Sequence record: ON529858.1
Strand: one strand, 5' to 3'
DNA: 64,000 bases
In this document: piece by piece, positions 48,973-58,492 of the stretch
Position numbering within the stretch: position 1 is the stretch's first letter
How the letters are laid out: each line of letters opens with the position of its first letter
Notes under the pieces: model-generated
Database searches by the model: none
Seen by the model: only the letters and a program-made list of their open reading frames with translations
Told to the model about the DNA's origin: nothing
Translations under genes and position numbers: made by a program

Positions 48973-51788
48973 CAGCCTTCGCAGTCGATGCAGGTGGCGT
49001 CGGCCATGGGGCTGAGAGCCAGTTGACGGGCTTCGTCCGAAGCCTGATCCGAGGCCTGGGAGGCGTCGGAGACGATCGTCTTGCGAGCGATCTTGGTGTT
49101 GGTGTTCTCGGCGCGCTTGGGCGTCGTCGAGCGCAGGTAGTAGAGGCTCTTCAGGCCGAGTTCCCAGGCCATCCAGTGGATTTCGGACAGGTAGGCGGCT
49201 TCGACCGAACCGTCGCCCGGCAGGAAGATGTTGATCGACTGCGCCTGACAGATTTCGGGACCCCGGTCGGCCGCCAGGATGATGATCGCGCGCTGGTCCA
49301 GTTCCATCGCGGTCTTGAAGACCTTCTCGACGTGCGCCCAGACCACCGGATCGACGGTGACGCCGATCTGCTCGAACGGGGAGGGGACGTCGTCGCCGTC
49401 TTCGTCGACGGTCGGCGTGTTCAGGCCGGCGACCGAGCCGTCGTTGCCGACGATCAGCTTCCAGACTTCCTCGGTGTCGATGCCGAGTTGAGCCAGCTTG
49501 GCCTTCAGGTAGATGTTGCGGACCGGGAAGGAGCCCGACAGCGTCTTGTGCAGGTAGGCGTTGGCGCGGTGAGGCTCGACGGACGGCGAGGTGCCGCCGC
49601 AGAGGATCGACGACGAGGCGTTCGGCGCGATCGCCAGCTTGTGGGCGAAGCGCTCGCCCGTGCCTTCCATGTCCGGGGCTTCACCACGCTCGGCGCCCAG
49701 CTTCAGCGAGGCGGCGTCGGCGTGCTGACGCAGGTGACGGAAGATCGCCTTGTTGACGACGCGGGCGTGCTCGCTCTCGAACGGGATGTCGTGCTTCTGG
49801 AGGTAGGCTTGGAAGCCCAGCAGGCCCAGGCCGATCGAGCGCTCGCGCATCGCCGAATAGATGGCGTCCTTCATCTGCTCGGGCGCCGTGTCGATGAACA
49901 CCTGGAGGGCGTTGTCGAGCATCCGCATCAGGTCTTCGATGAAGCGGGGGTCGTCCTTCCACTCGTCGAACTTCTCGCCATTGGTGGACGACAGGCAGCA
50001 GACGGCGGTGCGCTTGTTGCCGAGATGATCCCGGCCGGTCGGCAGGGTGATCTCGGTGCAGTTGCCGGTCAGGTAGCCGTTGAAGACGATGCGGTTGCGG
50101 CCTTGCTCGGTTCCGCAGTAGGTGGCGGTCTTCCAGGGCAGGGGATGCAGGTCGGCGACCACCGGCGACTTGAAGGGACGCTCGGCGCCGGGCGTGCGGA
50201 CCTGGGTCAGGACGCAGCCAGCTTCGATCAGGGTGTTGACGTCCCAGGCGGGCAGGGCGAAGCCGTTCAGGGTGTCGGTCAGGCGGATGCGCGGCGTGAG
50301 GCCCACTTCCAGCGCCAGACGACGCATCTCGCGGATCAGGTCGCGATTGGTCGAGCCCAGGCTGAGCCACTTCACGCCGTCGATGTCGATCCAGTCGGCG
50401 CCGGCGTCCAGCGCGCCCGCCAGCCACATGCGGCGCGTGGCGTAGCTGAACTCGAACGGGACATGGCCGGAGGCGATCGTCGTGGGCTCGTAGCGCACGG
50501 TCGTCAGGGCGTCGTCAGCCTCGGCGTCGACCGAGTGCGTGAACAGGCGCTTGAACAGGGCCTCGGGCGAGCCTTCGGCGATCGTGACCGCCAGACGGTT
50601 GCGGTCCTCGAACCCGGCCAGGGTGGCGTAGCCGGCGGTGTAGGCCTGCTCATCCGTGGGCTGGGCGTAGCCTTCGACCGACAGGGGCAGGTTGGGCGCC
50701 TCCAGTTCCAGGCCGATCGGCAGGGCGCCGGCGCGGTGCTCGACGCCGTCCTTGTCGTAGAACTTGTGCTCGGGGGTGCAGTCCAGGAAGTCGCCGTCCT
50801 CGAACCAGACGCGGACCAGATCGGCGCTGTCGGCCGTCTTGACGATCTCGACGGGGCTCCAGTCCTGACCATTCCACAGGTCATGCGTCGAGCCGGCCAG
50901 GGCGCCGATCGGCATGTGACCGTTGCGGGTCAGGACTTCGGTGTCGCCGGTGACGCAGAGGTTGGACTGCTTGACCTTCAGGCCGAGACGCTTCTGGGCC
51001 TCGGGCAGCGCAGCGTTCGAATGATCGACGAAGTGCATATAGGGCTCGCCCGTCTGCATCCGGGTTTCGAGCATCAGGCGCCACAGGTCGCGGGCGCGCA
51101 CGGTCTTGATGACCTCGCGGGTCTTGGGCGAGCGCAGGTGGAACGGGCTGTCCGAGCGCACGGCGCGCATGAACTCGTCGGTGATGTTGACCGCGTTGTG
51201 CAGGTTCTCGATCTTGCGGTTCCGATCGCCGCCGGTCGACTTGCGGGCGACGATGAACTCTTCGATCTCGGGGTGGTCGATGTCGAGGTAGTTCGCCATG
51301 GAGCCACGGCGCGTGCCGCCCTGGGAGACGGCGAGGATCAGGCGGTCGTCGACGGCCTGGAAGGGCATCACGCCGGTGGACGACGAACCCTTGGAGGTCT
51401 TCTCGCCGGCCGAGCGCAGTTCGCCCCAATAGGAGCCGATGCCGCCGCCCATGGAGGACAGCCAGATCACTTCGTCGTAGTGGGCCGAGATCGACTCGCG
51501 GCTGTCCTCGACGGCCGTCAGGAAGCAGGAGATGGGAAGGCCGCGCCCGGTCCCGCCGTTGGACAGCAGGGGCGTGGCGAACATGAACCAGCCCTTGGAG
51601 ACATAGTCATACAGACGCTGGGCGTGCGCTTCGTCGTCCGCGAAGGCGGCCGATGCACGAGCGAAGGCTTCCTGGGGCGACTTTTCGTCGCCGACAAGGT
51701 AGCGTTCCTTCAGGGTCTGGAGAGTGAAATCACTCAGAGCGTCGTCGCGCGAGAGGTCGATGGTGATGGCGCGAGGGCTCACAGGCAT
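48972..51788 (-). CDS. nrdA: Ribonucleotide reductase alpha subunit containing an intein (938 aa precursor)
   Basis: FMFATPLLSN, PISCF, GGGIG, QGGTRRGS, TGEPY, QSNL/CTEI, AIAPNASSS, KSLYY, C-terminal CIDCEG. Confidence 0.95.
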   Translation of the reverse strand: MPVSPRAITIDLSRDDALSDFTLQTLKERYLVGDEKSPQEAFARASAAFADDEAHAQRLYDYVSKGWFMFATPLLSNGGTGRGLPISCFLTAVEDSRESISAHYDEVIWLSSMGGGIGSYWGELRSAGEKTSKGSSSTGVMPFQAVDDRLILAVSQGGTRRGSMANYLDIDHPEIEEFIVARKSTGGDRNRKIENLHNAVNITDEFMRAVRSDSPFHLRSPKTREVIKTVRARDLWRLMLETRMQTGEPYMHFVDHSNAALPEAQKRLGLKVKQSNLCVTGDTEVLTRNGHMPIGALAGSTHDLWNGQDWSPVEIVKTADSADLVRVWFEDGDFLDCTPEHKFYDKDGVEHRAGALPIGLELEAPNLPLSVEGYAQPTDEQAYTAGYATLAGFEDRNRLAVTIAEGSPEALFKRLFTHSVDAEADDALTTVRYEPTTIASGHVPFEFSYATRRMWLAGALDAGADWIDIDGVKWLSLGSTNRDLIREMRRLALEVGLTPRIRLTDTLNGFALPAWDVNTLIEAGCVLTQVRTPGAERPFKSPVVADLHPLPWKTATYCGTEQGRNRIVFNGYLTGNCTEITLPTGRDHLGNKRTAVCCLSSTNGEKFDEWKDDPRFIEDLMRMLDNALQVFIDTAPEQMKDAIYSAMRERSIGLGLLGFQAYLQKHDIPFESEHARVVNKAIFRHLRQHADAASLKLGAERGEAPDMEGTGERFAHKLAIAPNASSSILCGGTSPSVEPHRANAYLHKTLSGSFPVRNIYLKAKLAQLGIDTEEVWKLIVGNDGSVAGLNTPTVDEDGDDVPSPFEQIGVTVDPVVWAHVEKVFKTAMELDQRAIIILAADRGPEICQAQSINIFLPGDGSVEAAYLSEIHWMAWELGLKSLYYLRSTTPKRAENTNTKIARKTIVSDASQASDQASDEARQLALSPMADATCIDCEG
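50061..50957 (-). mobile_element. Intein (299 aa) in the NrdA active-site QSNL|CTEI motif
   Basis: Starts CVTGDTEV, ends IVFNGYLTGN before +1 Cys; DCTPEHKF block B; degenerate LAGLIDADG-like WLAGALDAGA. Confidence 0.9.
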
Positions 51789-51877
51789 GTCAGGGATGTC
51801 CGAAGAAAAAGCCCTGAATAATCAGGGCTCTAGGGGAGGGTCAAAGGACGGTAACCATACCTAAGACGCGGCGGAAA

Positions 51878-51894
51878 GTCAAGATTCACGACGT
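51878..51894 (-). promoter_or_regulatory. Conserved promoter motif upstream of nrdA
   Basis: Minus strand reads ACGTCGTGAATCTTGAC. Confidence 0.7.
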
Positions 51895-51928
51895 CCAACG
51901 TCGTGAGATATTGTTCTTGACGAGGGTC

Positions 51929-52177
51929 TTAGCGACCCTCGTCTGCGAACTTCATCCCGGCCGCAGCGAGGATGTCTTTGGTGTTGCAGGGCTTTCCGTC
52001 GAGACGGAAGCCTAGCTTAGTTTCGACGACCCGACCTTCCAGGGCGAGCAGGGCTCGCTCCAGAACGGTCAGGCCGTCACCCAGCGGGGCGATGATGGCG
52101 CCAGTCTCTCGGGGGAGCCGCTGCGCAAGGTTGGGGTTCTTCGGCGCCTTTGCCGGCTTCTGCTTAGGTGCGGACAA
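51929..52177 (-). CDS. Hypothetical protein (82 aa)
   Basis: Tightly packed in the minus-strand operon. Confidence 0.6.
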   Translation of the reverse strand: MSAPKQKPAKAPKNPNLAQRLPRETGAIIAPLGDGLTVLERALLALEGRVVETKLGFRLDGKPCNTKDILAAAGMKFADEGR

Positions 52178-52514
52178 GGCCGGCGACCCCCGTGACGGCC
52201 TGGAACTTGGCGAGGGCTTCGTCGACAGCCTCGCCTTCGGCCAGGGCGGTGCTCAGATCGGAGATGGCCGCGTTGACCTTGTCGAGTTCTTCCTTGAAGA
52301 AGTCCGGCATCTCGCGCAGGATGTTGACCAGGGCCAGGATCACGACGTCGGTGACCGGCAGGCGCATTCCGCCGTCGCCCGAAGACGAGAAGGAGGCCAG
52401 GGACAGGCCGATGGTGAAGCCGCCGGCGTTGCCTTCTTGCTCGGTGAGCGAGAGGATCGAGTTGGCGAGCGCCGGGGTGTCGGCGACGATGGTGGGCTCA
52501 GACGGGTTGGACAT
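52164..52514 (-). CDS. Hypothetical protein (116 aa)
   Basis: Overlapping start and stop; phage-like codon usage. Confidence 0.65.
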   Translation of the reverse strand: MSNPSEPTIVADTPALANSILSLTEQEGNAGGFTIGLSLASFSSSGDGGMRLPVTDVVILALVNILREMPDFFKEELDKVNAAISDLSTALAEGEAVDEALAKFQAVTGVAGLVRT

Positions 52515-52848
52515 TTTGCTCTTCTTGCAGCAGGAGGGTGATGCGGTTGTGGGCGTCGACCTCGGAGATCGGACCTTCGGCGAGCATCGCCTGGACCGTG
52601 TCGTTGAGGGTGCCCTGTTGGTCGAGAACCAGGATGGCGAGCCCGACCAGCAGCGCCATGGAGGCGTGCTTCTTGATGTCGGGCGGCCCCTGGAGGGAGA
52701 CGATCATGTCGCAGTCGCCGCGATCGCCGCCGTCGGTCGGGTCGCCGGGAAAGCAAGCCAACTGGAAGTCTGGGGCGTCGATGTCCGGCACGCCCTGGGG
52801 CGGGGTCTCGATGATCTTTTGGGGGTGGTCGTCGTGTTGGAGGGACAT
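52498..52848 (-). CDS. Hypothetical protein (116 aa)
   Basis: ATG at 52848, downstream of a promoter motif. Confidence 0.6.
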   Translation of the reverse strand: MSLQHDDHPQKIIETPPQGVPDIDAPDFQLACFPGDPTDGGDRGDCDMIVSLQGPPDIKKHASMALLVGLAILVLDQQGTLNDTVQAMLAEGPISEVDAHNRITLLLQEEQNVQPV

Positions 52849-52928
52849 CGGAACTCTGTCACTAGGGGTGTCGGCTACGTCGCCGCTGTTGACGTTCGTG
52901 ACAGGATTCACGACGTTCGTCAACATGG

Positions 52929-53864
52929 TTAATCGGCGGAAATGCGCTCGTGGGGGATGAACTTGCGGAACTGCTCGAACCCGACCAGATTGCCGCAATA
53001 GGGCGAGCCGGCGTAGACCTGGGGCCGGCCCTGATGCTCGAACGGCGAGGCGTGGATCGGCTTGGAGCCCAGCTTCAGGAAGGTGCCGATGTCCTTCTCG
53101 ATCGTCGCCTTCTTGCCGTCGAAGTTGTTGTAGGACGTCCGGGCGCAGCGGGCGGCCGAGCGCACCAGCAGCAGGCGGGTGACGGCGTCCAGGAACTGAA
53201 GGTTCTCGAACGCGAAGCCCGTCGCCGCCATCACCGCCCGGTTCTCTTCCGGCTGCTCGCGCACGAAGCGCGCGCTCTCGACGCGGTCTTCGTCCTTGAT
53301 GAAGGGCAGATGCCATTCGCCGTAGGGCAGATGCTGGGGCACGGCGCCGGAGAGTTGAGCCCGGATCGCCTGGGCCTGCCAGATGATCTCATCCTGGGCG
53401 TCGTCATGGTCCCGCAGGCCCATGTAGTTCGTCCAGTCGGTGGAGGTGACGACCACGGTGATGTAGCCGAACCACTCCAGCATCCGGTTCGTCCACTGCT
53501 TGTGAATGTTCAGGCCGTTCTTGTCCGCCAGGGTCCGGGCGGTCCGCTGGCAGTAGTCGGCGGCGTCGAGCCATAGCTTGGCGGCGATCTGCTGCTCTTC
53601 GGGCGTCAGGTATTCGCCCGGCTGCATCCCGGCCTTGTTCTTGCGGAAGGTGGGCGTGTAGGGGTCGTCCGCCAGGAGCGTGACCGACGGCATGGCGCGG
53701 CTCGACGACCCGTTGCGCGAGAAGACGCGGTGGGTCATGAAGTCGGCATGGACCATGCGTGGGTAGCGCGCCTTGACGGTGTCGATACGGGCGCCGGCCG
53801 ACGTGATGGACGACGCGATCGACTCGGCCGTAACGGCGATGTGGCTGGGGGTGAAGTGAGGCAC
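52929..53864 (-). CDS. thyX: FAD-dependent thymidylate synthase ThyX (311 aa)
   Basis: THRVFSRNGSSSRA (RHRxxSxxxxSxR variant); HKQW.NR.LE; LRDH..AQ.EI; HASPFEH. Confidence 0.9.
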   Translation of the reverse strand: MPHFTPSHIAVTAESIASSITSAGARIDTVKARYPRMVHADFMTHRVFSRNGSSSRAMPSVTLLADDPYTPTFRKNKAGMQPGEYLTPEEQQIAAKLWLDAADYCQRTARTLADKNGLNIHKQWTNRMLEWFGYITVVVTSTDWTNYMGLRDHDDAQDEIIWQAQAIRAQLSGAVPQHLPYGEWHLPFIKDEDRVESARFVREQPEENRAVMAATGFAFENLQFLDAVTRLLLVRSAARCARTSYNNFDGKKATIEKDIGTFLKLGSKPIHASPFEHQGRPQVYAGSPYCGNLVGFEQFRKFIPHERISAD

Positions 53865-53865
53865 G

Positions 53866-54456
53866 TCAGTGGGCTCCCGTGATCTCGCGCACGATGGCGT
53901 GCAGGGCGGGGATCGTGCCGCCGTTGATGATGGTATGGTCCGGCTCGATCTTGTCGATCTCGGTTTCGCTGGCGTGCTGGGACGCGACGTCGTGCAGATC
54001 GACGTGCGGGTTCACGATCTTGATGATGGTGACCTCCGCCTCGGCGAAGAGTTCGCCCTGGGCCGGCGGCTCCGCCATCTCGCGCAGGGCGTCGGCTTCG
54101 TTGGGGAAGCGCAGGTCCGAGCACACGATGTGGCTGTATTCCTGGGCCTCGCGTTCGAAGCACTTGACCCAGGTCTCATCGAGCGGCTTGCCGTCGTTGA
54201 ACTTGGTCTTGCGGAACATATCGGTGCCGACGATCTGCATCAGTTCGCGCGGGCTCTTGAACGGCCAGCGGTTCAGCACCTGCTCCTTCAGCACCGGGTC
54301 CAGCATCTCGTGCATCGAGACGCCGTAGACGATCTCGACGACCTGACGGACGGGGTCGCCGAAGGCGATGTTGCGATAGCCCAGCGCCTCTAGGGCGTCG
54401 GAGGCCGTGGACTTGCCGTGTCCGCGCTTGCCAGTGATGGCGACGATCTTCTTCAT
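53866..54456 (-). CDS. Deoxynucleoside monophosphate kinase (196 aa)
   Basis: IVAITGKRGHGKST; SPRELMQIVGTD; SDLRFPNE; HASE. Confidence 0.88.
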   Translation of the reverse strand: MKKIVAITGKRGHGKSTASDALEALGYRNIAFGDPVRQVVEIVYGVSMHEMLDPVLKEQVLNRWPFKSPRELMQIVGTDMFRKTKFNDGKPLDETWVKCFEREAQEYSHIVCSDLRFPNEADALREMAEPPAQGELFAEAEVTIIKIVNPHVDLHDVASQHASETEIDKIEPDHTIINGGTIPALHAIVREITGAH

Positions 54457-54465
54457 CTCGGGCTC

Positions 54466-55797
54466 CTAGATCAGGACGGTGAGGGTCTTGGCGGCACGGG
54501 TGACGCCGGTGTAGAGGTGGTTGTCGGCGTCCTGTCGGAAGACGCTGGACTCGTCGATCAGCACGACGTCATCCCACTGCGACCCCTGGCTCTTGTGGAC
54601 TGTGATGGCGTAGGCCCAATCAATCTCGATCGAGTTCTTGCGCGCGCGCCACGCCGTCGCCTGGGGCGCCGTGAAGCCCTTCGGCCCGTGGAAGTGCTCT
54701 TCGAACAGGCCCTGGAACACGCGCTTGTCGCGATACTCGATGCCGCCGTCGTCCTCGAACGACAGTTGCAGCGTCGAGTCGCCGTCCACGAGGTCGGCGT
54801 TGGACGTCGCGATGCACTCGGTCCCGTTCACGAGATCGGGGTTGTCGCGGTTGTTCTTGCAGACGATCAGCTTCTCGCCGACCTGGGGTCCGATCTTCTG
54901 ACCCGCGCGATCGACGATGCCGAACTCTTCGCGCAGCTTCTGATTGACCGACCACCGGGTCTTGTTGCGGCCGACCAGGAACTGCGGCGCGTCCTCGCGG
55001 TCGAAGACGTCCTCGTAGTCCTTGCGGCGCTGGACCTTGACGCCGTTGCCGTAGTCGGCGATCGGCAGGTCCTTGCCCTGACGCGCCAGCGTCGAGAGGT
55101 GGATGATCGGGTTGTCGGCCGCCTGACGGTGGATTTCCGACAGGAAGAAGTCGGGGTCGCCGGCGAGCAGGCCGGGCTCATCCTCGACCGGCTTCAACTG
55201 ACCGGGATCGCCCATGGCGAAGATCGGCACGCCGAAGTCTTCCAGATCGGTCCGCATCCGCATACCGACCATGGAGGCTTCGTCGACCACGATCAGGTTC
55301 GCCAGCTTGATCGAAGAGTCGGGGTTGAGTTGGAAGTTGACCTTGTCCTCGCGGTAGGCCTGATTCAGTTCGTGCTTCAGGCGCAGGACCAGCTTGTGCA
55401 GCTTCATGACCATGCTGTCGGTCAGCGGGTCGCCGCCCTCGGACCGGCAGATCATCGTCGCCTCGGCCAGGGCCTCTTCGTTGTTGAACAGGTCGTCCTC
55501 AAGCGTCGCGATCGGCGCCGGCTTGGCGCGGTAGATCGCGCTATGGATCGTTCCCGCCATGGGGTTCGGGTAGCCCTGGTCCTTCAGCTTCTGGCGCATG
55601 ACCTTGGCCGCCTTGCCCGTGGGCGCGACGAAGGCAATGGTCTCGGGTTGCCAGCCGAGCGAGTCGAGGATCGAGGGCAGGATGGTGGACTTGCCGGAGC
55701 CGGCGAACCCGGTCAGGGTCGTCAACGGCTGGCCGTCCTTGATGCACCGGATGATCTGGGTCCGGGCCTTCTCTTGTTGCGCGCTGAGCGTAGTCAT
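54466..55797 (-). CDS. SF1B (RecD/Dda-like) DNA helicase (443 aa)
   Basis: GFAGSGKST, APTGKAA, TIHS, VVDEASM, GDPGQLKPV, IHRQA, YAITVHKSQGS, LYTGVTRA. Confidence 0.92.
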   Translation of the reverse strand: MTTLSAQQEKARTQIIRCIKDGQPLTTLTGFAGSGKSTILPSILDSLGWQPETIAFVAPTGKAAKVMRQKLKDQGYPNPMAGTIHSAIYRAKPAPIATLEDDLFNNEEALAEATMICRSEGGDPLTDSMVMKLHKLVLRLKHELNQAYREDKVNFQLNPDSSIKLANLIVVDEASMVGMRMRTDLEDFGVPIFAMGDPGQLKPVEDEPGLLAGDPDFFLSEIHRQAADNPIIHLSTLARQGKDLPIADYGNGVKVQRRKDYEDVFDREDAPQFLVGRNKTRWSVNQKLREEFGIVDRAGQKIGPQVGEKLIVCKNNRDNPDLVNGTECIATSNADLVDGDSTLQLSFEDDGGIEYRDKRVFQGLFEEHFHGPKGFTAPQATAWRARKNSIEIDWAYAITVHKSQGSQWDDVVLIDESSVFRQDADNHLYTGVTRAAKTLTVLI

Positions 55798-55874
55798 GCG
55801 GGTGCCTGGACGGGGGTGAAGAAGGTCCCGCCCGCCGTGCGGACACGGCGGGCGGGCTCAGGCGTCAACGGTGC

Positions 55875-57035
55875 TTAGAAGCGACCGCGTCCGCGCGCCG
55901 GGGCAGCATCGCCGCCCGCGTCGTCGTCACGGCTCGAACGACGGGCCGGGCGTTCGTCTTCCGACGGCGCCGGACGGTCATCACGATCGTCACGCTCCGC
56001 CCGGCGAGCCGGGCGTTCTTCTTCATCACGCGAGGACCGGCTGTCGCGGTCATCGCGGTCGTCACGCGCCGGGCGACGGTCGTCATCCCGGTCGTCGCGA
56101 GCCGGACGACGGTCGTCATCGCGGTCATCGCGGGCCGGACGACGGTCGTCATCGCGGCTGGAGCGGTCGTCGCGGTCGTCGCGAGCCGGACGACGGTCGT
56201 CATCGCGGTCATCACGAGCAGCCGGGCGGCGCTCTTCACGGTCGTCACGCGCGGGGCGGCGATCGTCTTCGCGGTCGTCACGGGCCGCCGGGCGGCGGTC
56301 GTCACGGTCATCGCGGGCGGCCGGACGACGGTCGTCATCGCGGCTGCGGTCCTCCAGAGCGGGAGCGCTCCGGCGGTCGTCATCGTAGGCTTCCTTGGAG
56401 TCGCCGACCAGAGCGGCCAGCTTTTCCTCGGATTCCCAGCGCACGATCTTGAACTCGGGCGCATACTTGGTGACCTTGCGGCCACCCTCGGTCTTGCCTT
56501 CGAACTCGCGCGCGGTCAGGCGCACGACCGGGACCTTGCCGGGGTTGGAGCGGAAGCCGTTGCCGAAGTCCTTCAGCAGGGCGGCGAGCGCCCGGCGCTT
56601 GGAGACGTTGTTGGCCTGGAAGACCATCTCGACGTGCGGCTCTTCCATCAGACGGAAGTCGATCGTGTATTGCTCGACCGGGCCGTCCTCCTTGCCGTAG
56701 GGACCCTTATCGGGCAGGGCGCTCTTGGACGGCTGCGGGCCATCCTCCAGCTTCACCATCTCTTCGTGAACGACCTCGGAGTTCACCCAGATCACCCAGC
56801 CGCGCGCATAGGAGCGCGGGTTCATGGCGAACTCGGTGCCCGACCGGGCGTCGGTGTCCAGCGGATTGTCTTCGGCGCCGTAGGAGGCGGAGCCGTCGTT
56901 GCCGTCGAACTTCATGAAGGCCTTGCCGTCACCACCGCCCTTGAGGCCGGCAGCTTCCGACGCCAGGGCGGCGAAGTAGTCATCGTTGGTGGACAGGTAG
57001 TTCCCGCCCGTGGTAGCCAGTTCGCGATTGCTCAT
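55875..57035 (-). CDS. Putative ssDNA-binding protein with Arg/Asp-repeat tail (386 aa)
   Basis: N-terminal domain resembles phage SSB-like proteins (FMKFDG.DG, GWVIW, P.V.L); located between nuclease and helicase. Confidence 0.6.
   Translation of the reverse strand: MSNRELATTGGNYLSTNDDYFAALASEAAGLKGGGDGKAFMKFDGNDGSASYGAEDNPLDTDARSGTEFAMNPRSYARGWVIWVNSEVVHEEMVKLEDGPQPSKSALPDKGPYGKEDGPVEQYTIDFRLMEEPHVEMVFQANNVSKRRALAALLKDFGNGFRSNPGKVPVVRLTAREFEGKTEGGRKVTKYAPEFKIVRWESEEKLAALVGDSKEAYDDDRRSAPALEDRSRDDDRRPAARDDRDDRRPAARDDREDDRRPARDDREERRPAARDDRDDDRRPARDDRDDRSSRDDDRRPARDDRDDDRRPARDDRDDDRRPARDDRDDRDSRSSRDEEERPARRAERDDRDDRPAPSEDERPARRSSRDDDAGGDAAPARGRGRF
55960..56385 (-). repeat. Imperfect ~30-33-bp tandem repeats encoding RDDRDDDRRPA-like units
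   Basis: About ten RRPA(A)RDDR units visible in the translation. Confidence 0.85.
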
Positions 57036-57189
57036 CTGATCTAGGTCTTTTCTGTTTCTAGGACTGTTGGGTAGGCACGTCTTGCTTTCTCCCGGCGTCC
57101 TCGCGAGACGCCGGGAACCTAGCTAGGCTTCGTTCTGGTCTAAGCTGCTGCTGTCACTGTCACTGTCTGACGGCTCCAGTCTGGTCGGC

Positions 57190-58305
57190 TCAGTCCGCGT
57201 CCGCTTTGGCTGGTCCTCTCTCCGAGATCGCCAGCCGGTCGTGGCCTTCGCCATCCTTCATGAAGTCGTCCACTGGAATGCCGGCCTCGCGCATCGCCGG
57301 AACATCCAGCGTTTTGCGACCCTTGATCCAGGAGATGGAGGCCTTGATCATTCCGTCCGAAGACTTCGCGCTCTTGACCCCCGTGTCGCGGAACCACTGC
57401 TTCAGCTTCTCAGCCGTCGCTTTCTTTTCCGCTTCGGCCGCCTTCGCAGCAGACGCAGCGACCCGCTCCGCCACCACGAGACGTTCGAACTCTGCCAGAA
57501 GGGGCGACGGCGTCGTCTTGGAGTTCGCCTCGCCCTTGGTGGGCGTCGCCTTCTGGTTTGTCTTGGCGCACACCACCTTGAAGGGGCAGTAGGTGCAGGT
57601 GCCGTCGATCTTCCCCTCGGCCATGATCGTAGCCGGGTCCTTGATCTCGAACACCGCTTCCGCGCGTTGTTGAGCGACGACGAACTCATCGTGGTTGTAG
57701 GGAACCACGAAGACTTCGATGTCGTCGAAGAAGGAACAGTCGATGTAGATGATGACCGCGTAGTTCGGCTTCCACGAGGTTTGCTTCCTCATGAGGCCCA
57801 TCTGCACGATCGTCTGGCCCCTATGCACGCTCTTCTCTTCCTTGAGATTCACGCGAGGGTCGATCGACTTGATTTCGAACGCGAAGCACGCGCTCGGGTG
57901 ATCCGGGTCGCCCTTGGTGCCGAGCGACGGGATGCCGTATTCCATCAGTGCGTCGTCGTCGGCGTAGATGACCAGACCATCGGGCGTCGCCGACAGGCGG
58001 CCGTCGATGAGGGTCTTCTGGTTGTCACCGCCCCAGATGAGCATCGCGTCCTTGGTCGTGTGCTCCAGGAACCACTTCGTCGCGGGCTCGACGAAGTGCT
58101 GCTCGATCAGGTCCCCGCGTTGCAAGGCGCCCCAGGACTGCTCATAGTCCGGGTCCTTCTCGGCGCCGTTCTTCTCGAACCACGCCTTGCGCAGACAGCC
58201 GAAGGCCGACGACGCACCGAGGCTCTGGGAGCGATCGTGCGCCCAAACCTTCTGATGGTTCGCGACGTATTCGTCGAAGCCGCGACGGAAGTTGATGGAG
58301 GCCAT
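57190..58305 (-). CDS. PD-(D/E)XK (Cas4/lambda-exo-like) nuclease (371 aa)
   Basis: GASSAFGCLRK, SATPDG, FEIKS, Q...QM, CTYCPFK..C. Confidence 0.78.
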   Translation of the reverse strand: MASINFRRGFDEYVANHQKVWAHDRSQSLGASSAFGCLRKAWFEKNGAEKDPDYEQSWGALQRGDLIEQHFVEPATKWFLEHTTKDAMLIWGGDNQKTLIDGRLSATPDGLVIYADDDALMEYGIPSLGTKGDPDHPSACFAFEIKSIDPRVNLKEEKSVHRGQTIVQMGLMRKQTSWKPNYAVIIYIDCSFFDDIEVFVVPYNHDEFVVAQQRAEAVFEIKDPATIMAEGKIDGTCTYCPFKVVCAKTNQKATPTKGEANSKTTPSPLLAEFERLVVAERVAASAAKAAEAEKKATAEKLKQWFRDTGVKSAKSSDGMIKASISWIKGRKTLDVPAMREAGIPVDDFMKDGEGHDRLAISERGPAKADAD

Positions 58306-58339
58306 TCAGGCGAACTCGGGGGCGGGGGTGGTCGGAGGG

Positions 58340-58492
58340 TTAGGCGGCGGCAGGGTTGTCGTCATCGCCGCCGGGCGGACCGGCGAGGAAGAGGATCACA
58401 AGCAGGAAGATGATGATCTCCCAGAAGACCCAGATGGCGGTCTTGATCTCAGCGGCGTGCCACTGGCCCCAGAAGTCGATCTGCTCCCACAT
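58340..58492 (-). CDS. 50-aa Trp-rich single-pass membrane microprotein
   Basis: ATG overlaps the upstream TGA; MWEQIDFWGQWHAAEIKTAIWVFWEIIIFLLVILFLAGPPGGDDDNPAAA. Confidence 0.55.
   Translation of the reverse strand: MWEQIDFWGQWHAAEIKTAIWVFWEIIIFLLVILFLAGPPGGDDDNPAAA

Noticed and set aside
57190-58305. cas4 as part of a CRISPR system
   Set aside because: No array or other cas genes; stand-alone Cas4-like nucleases are common in phage replication modules.
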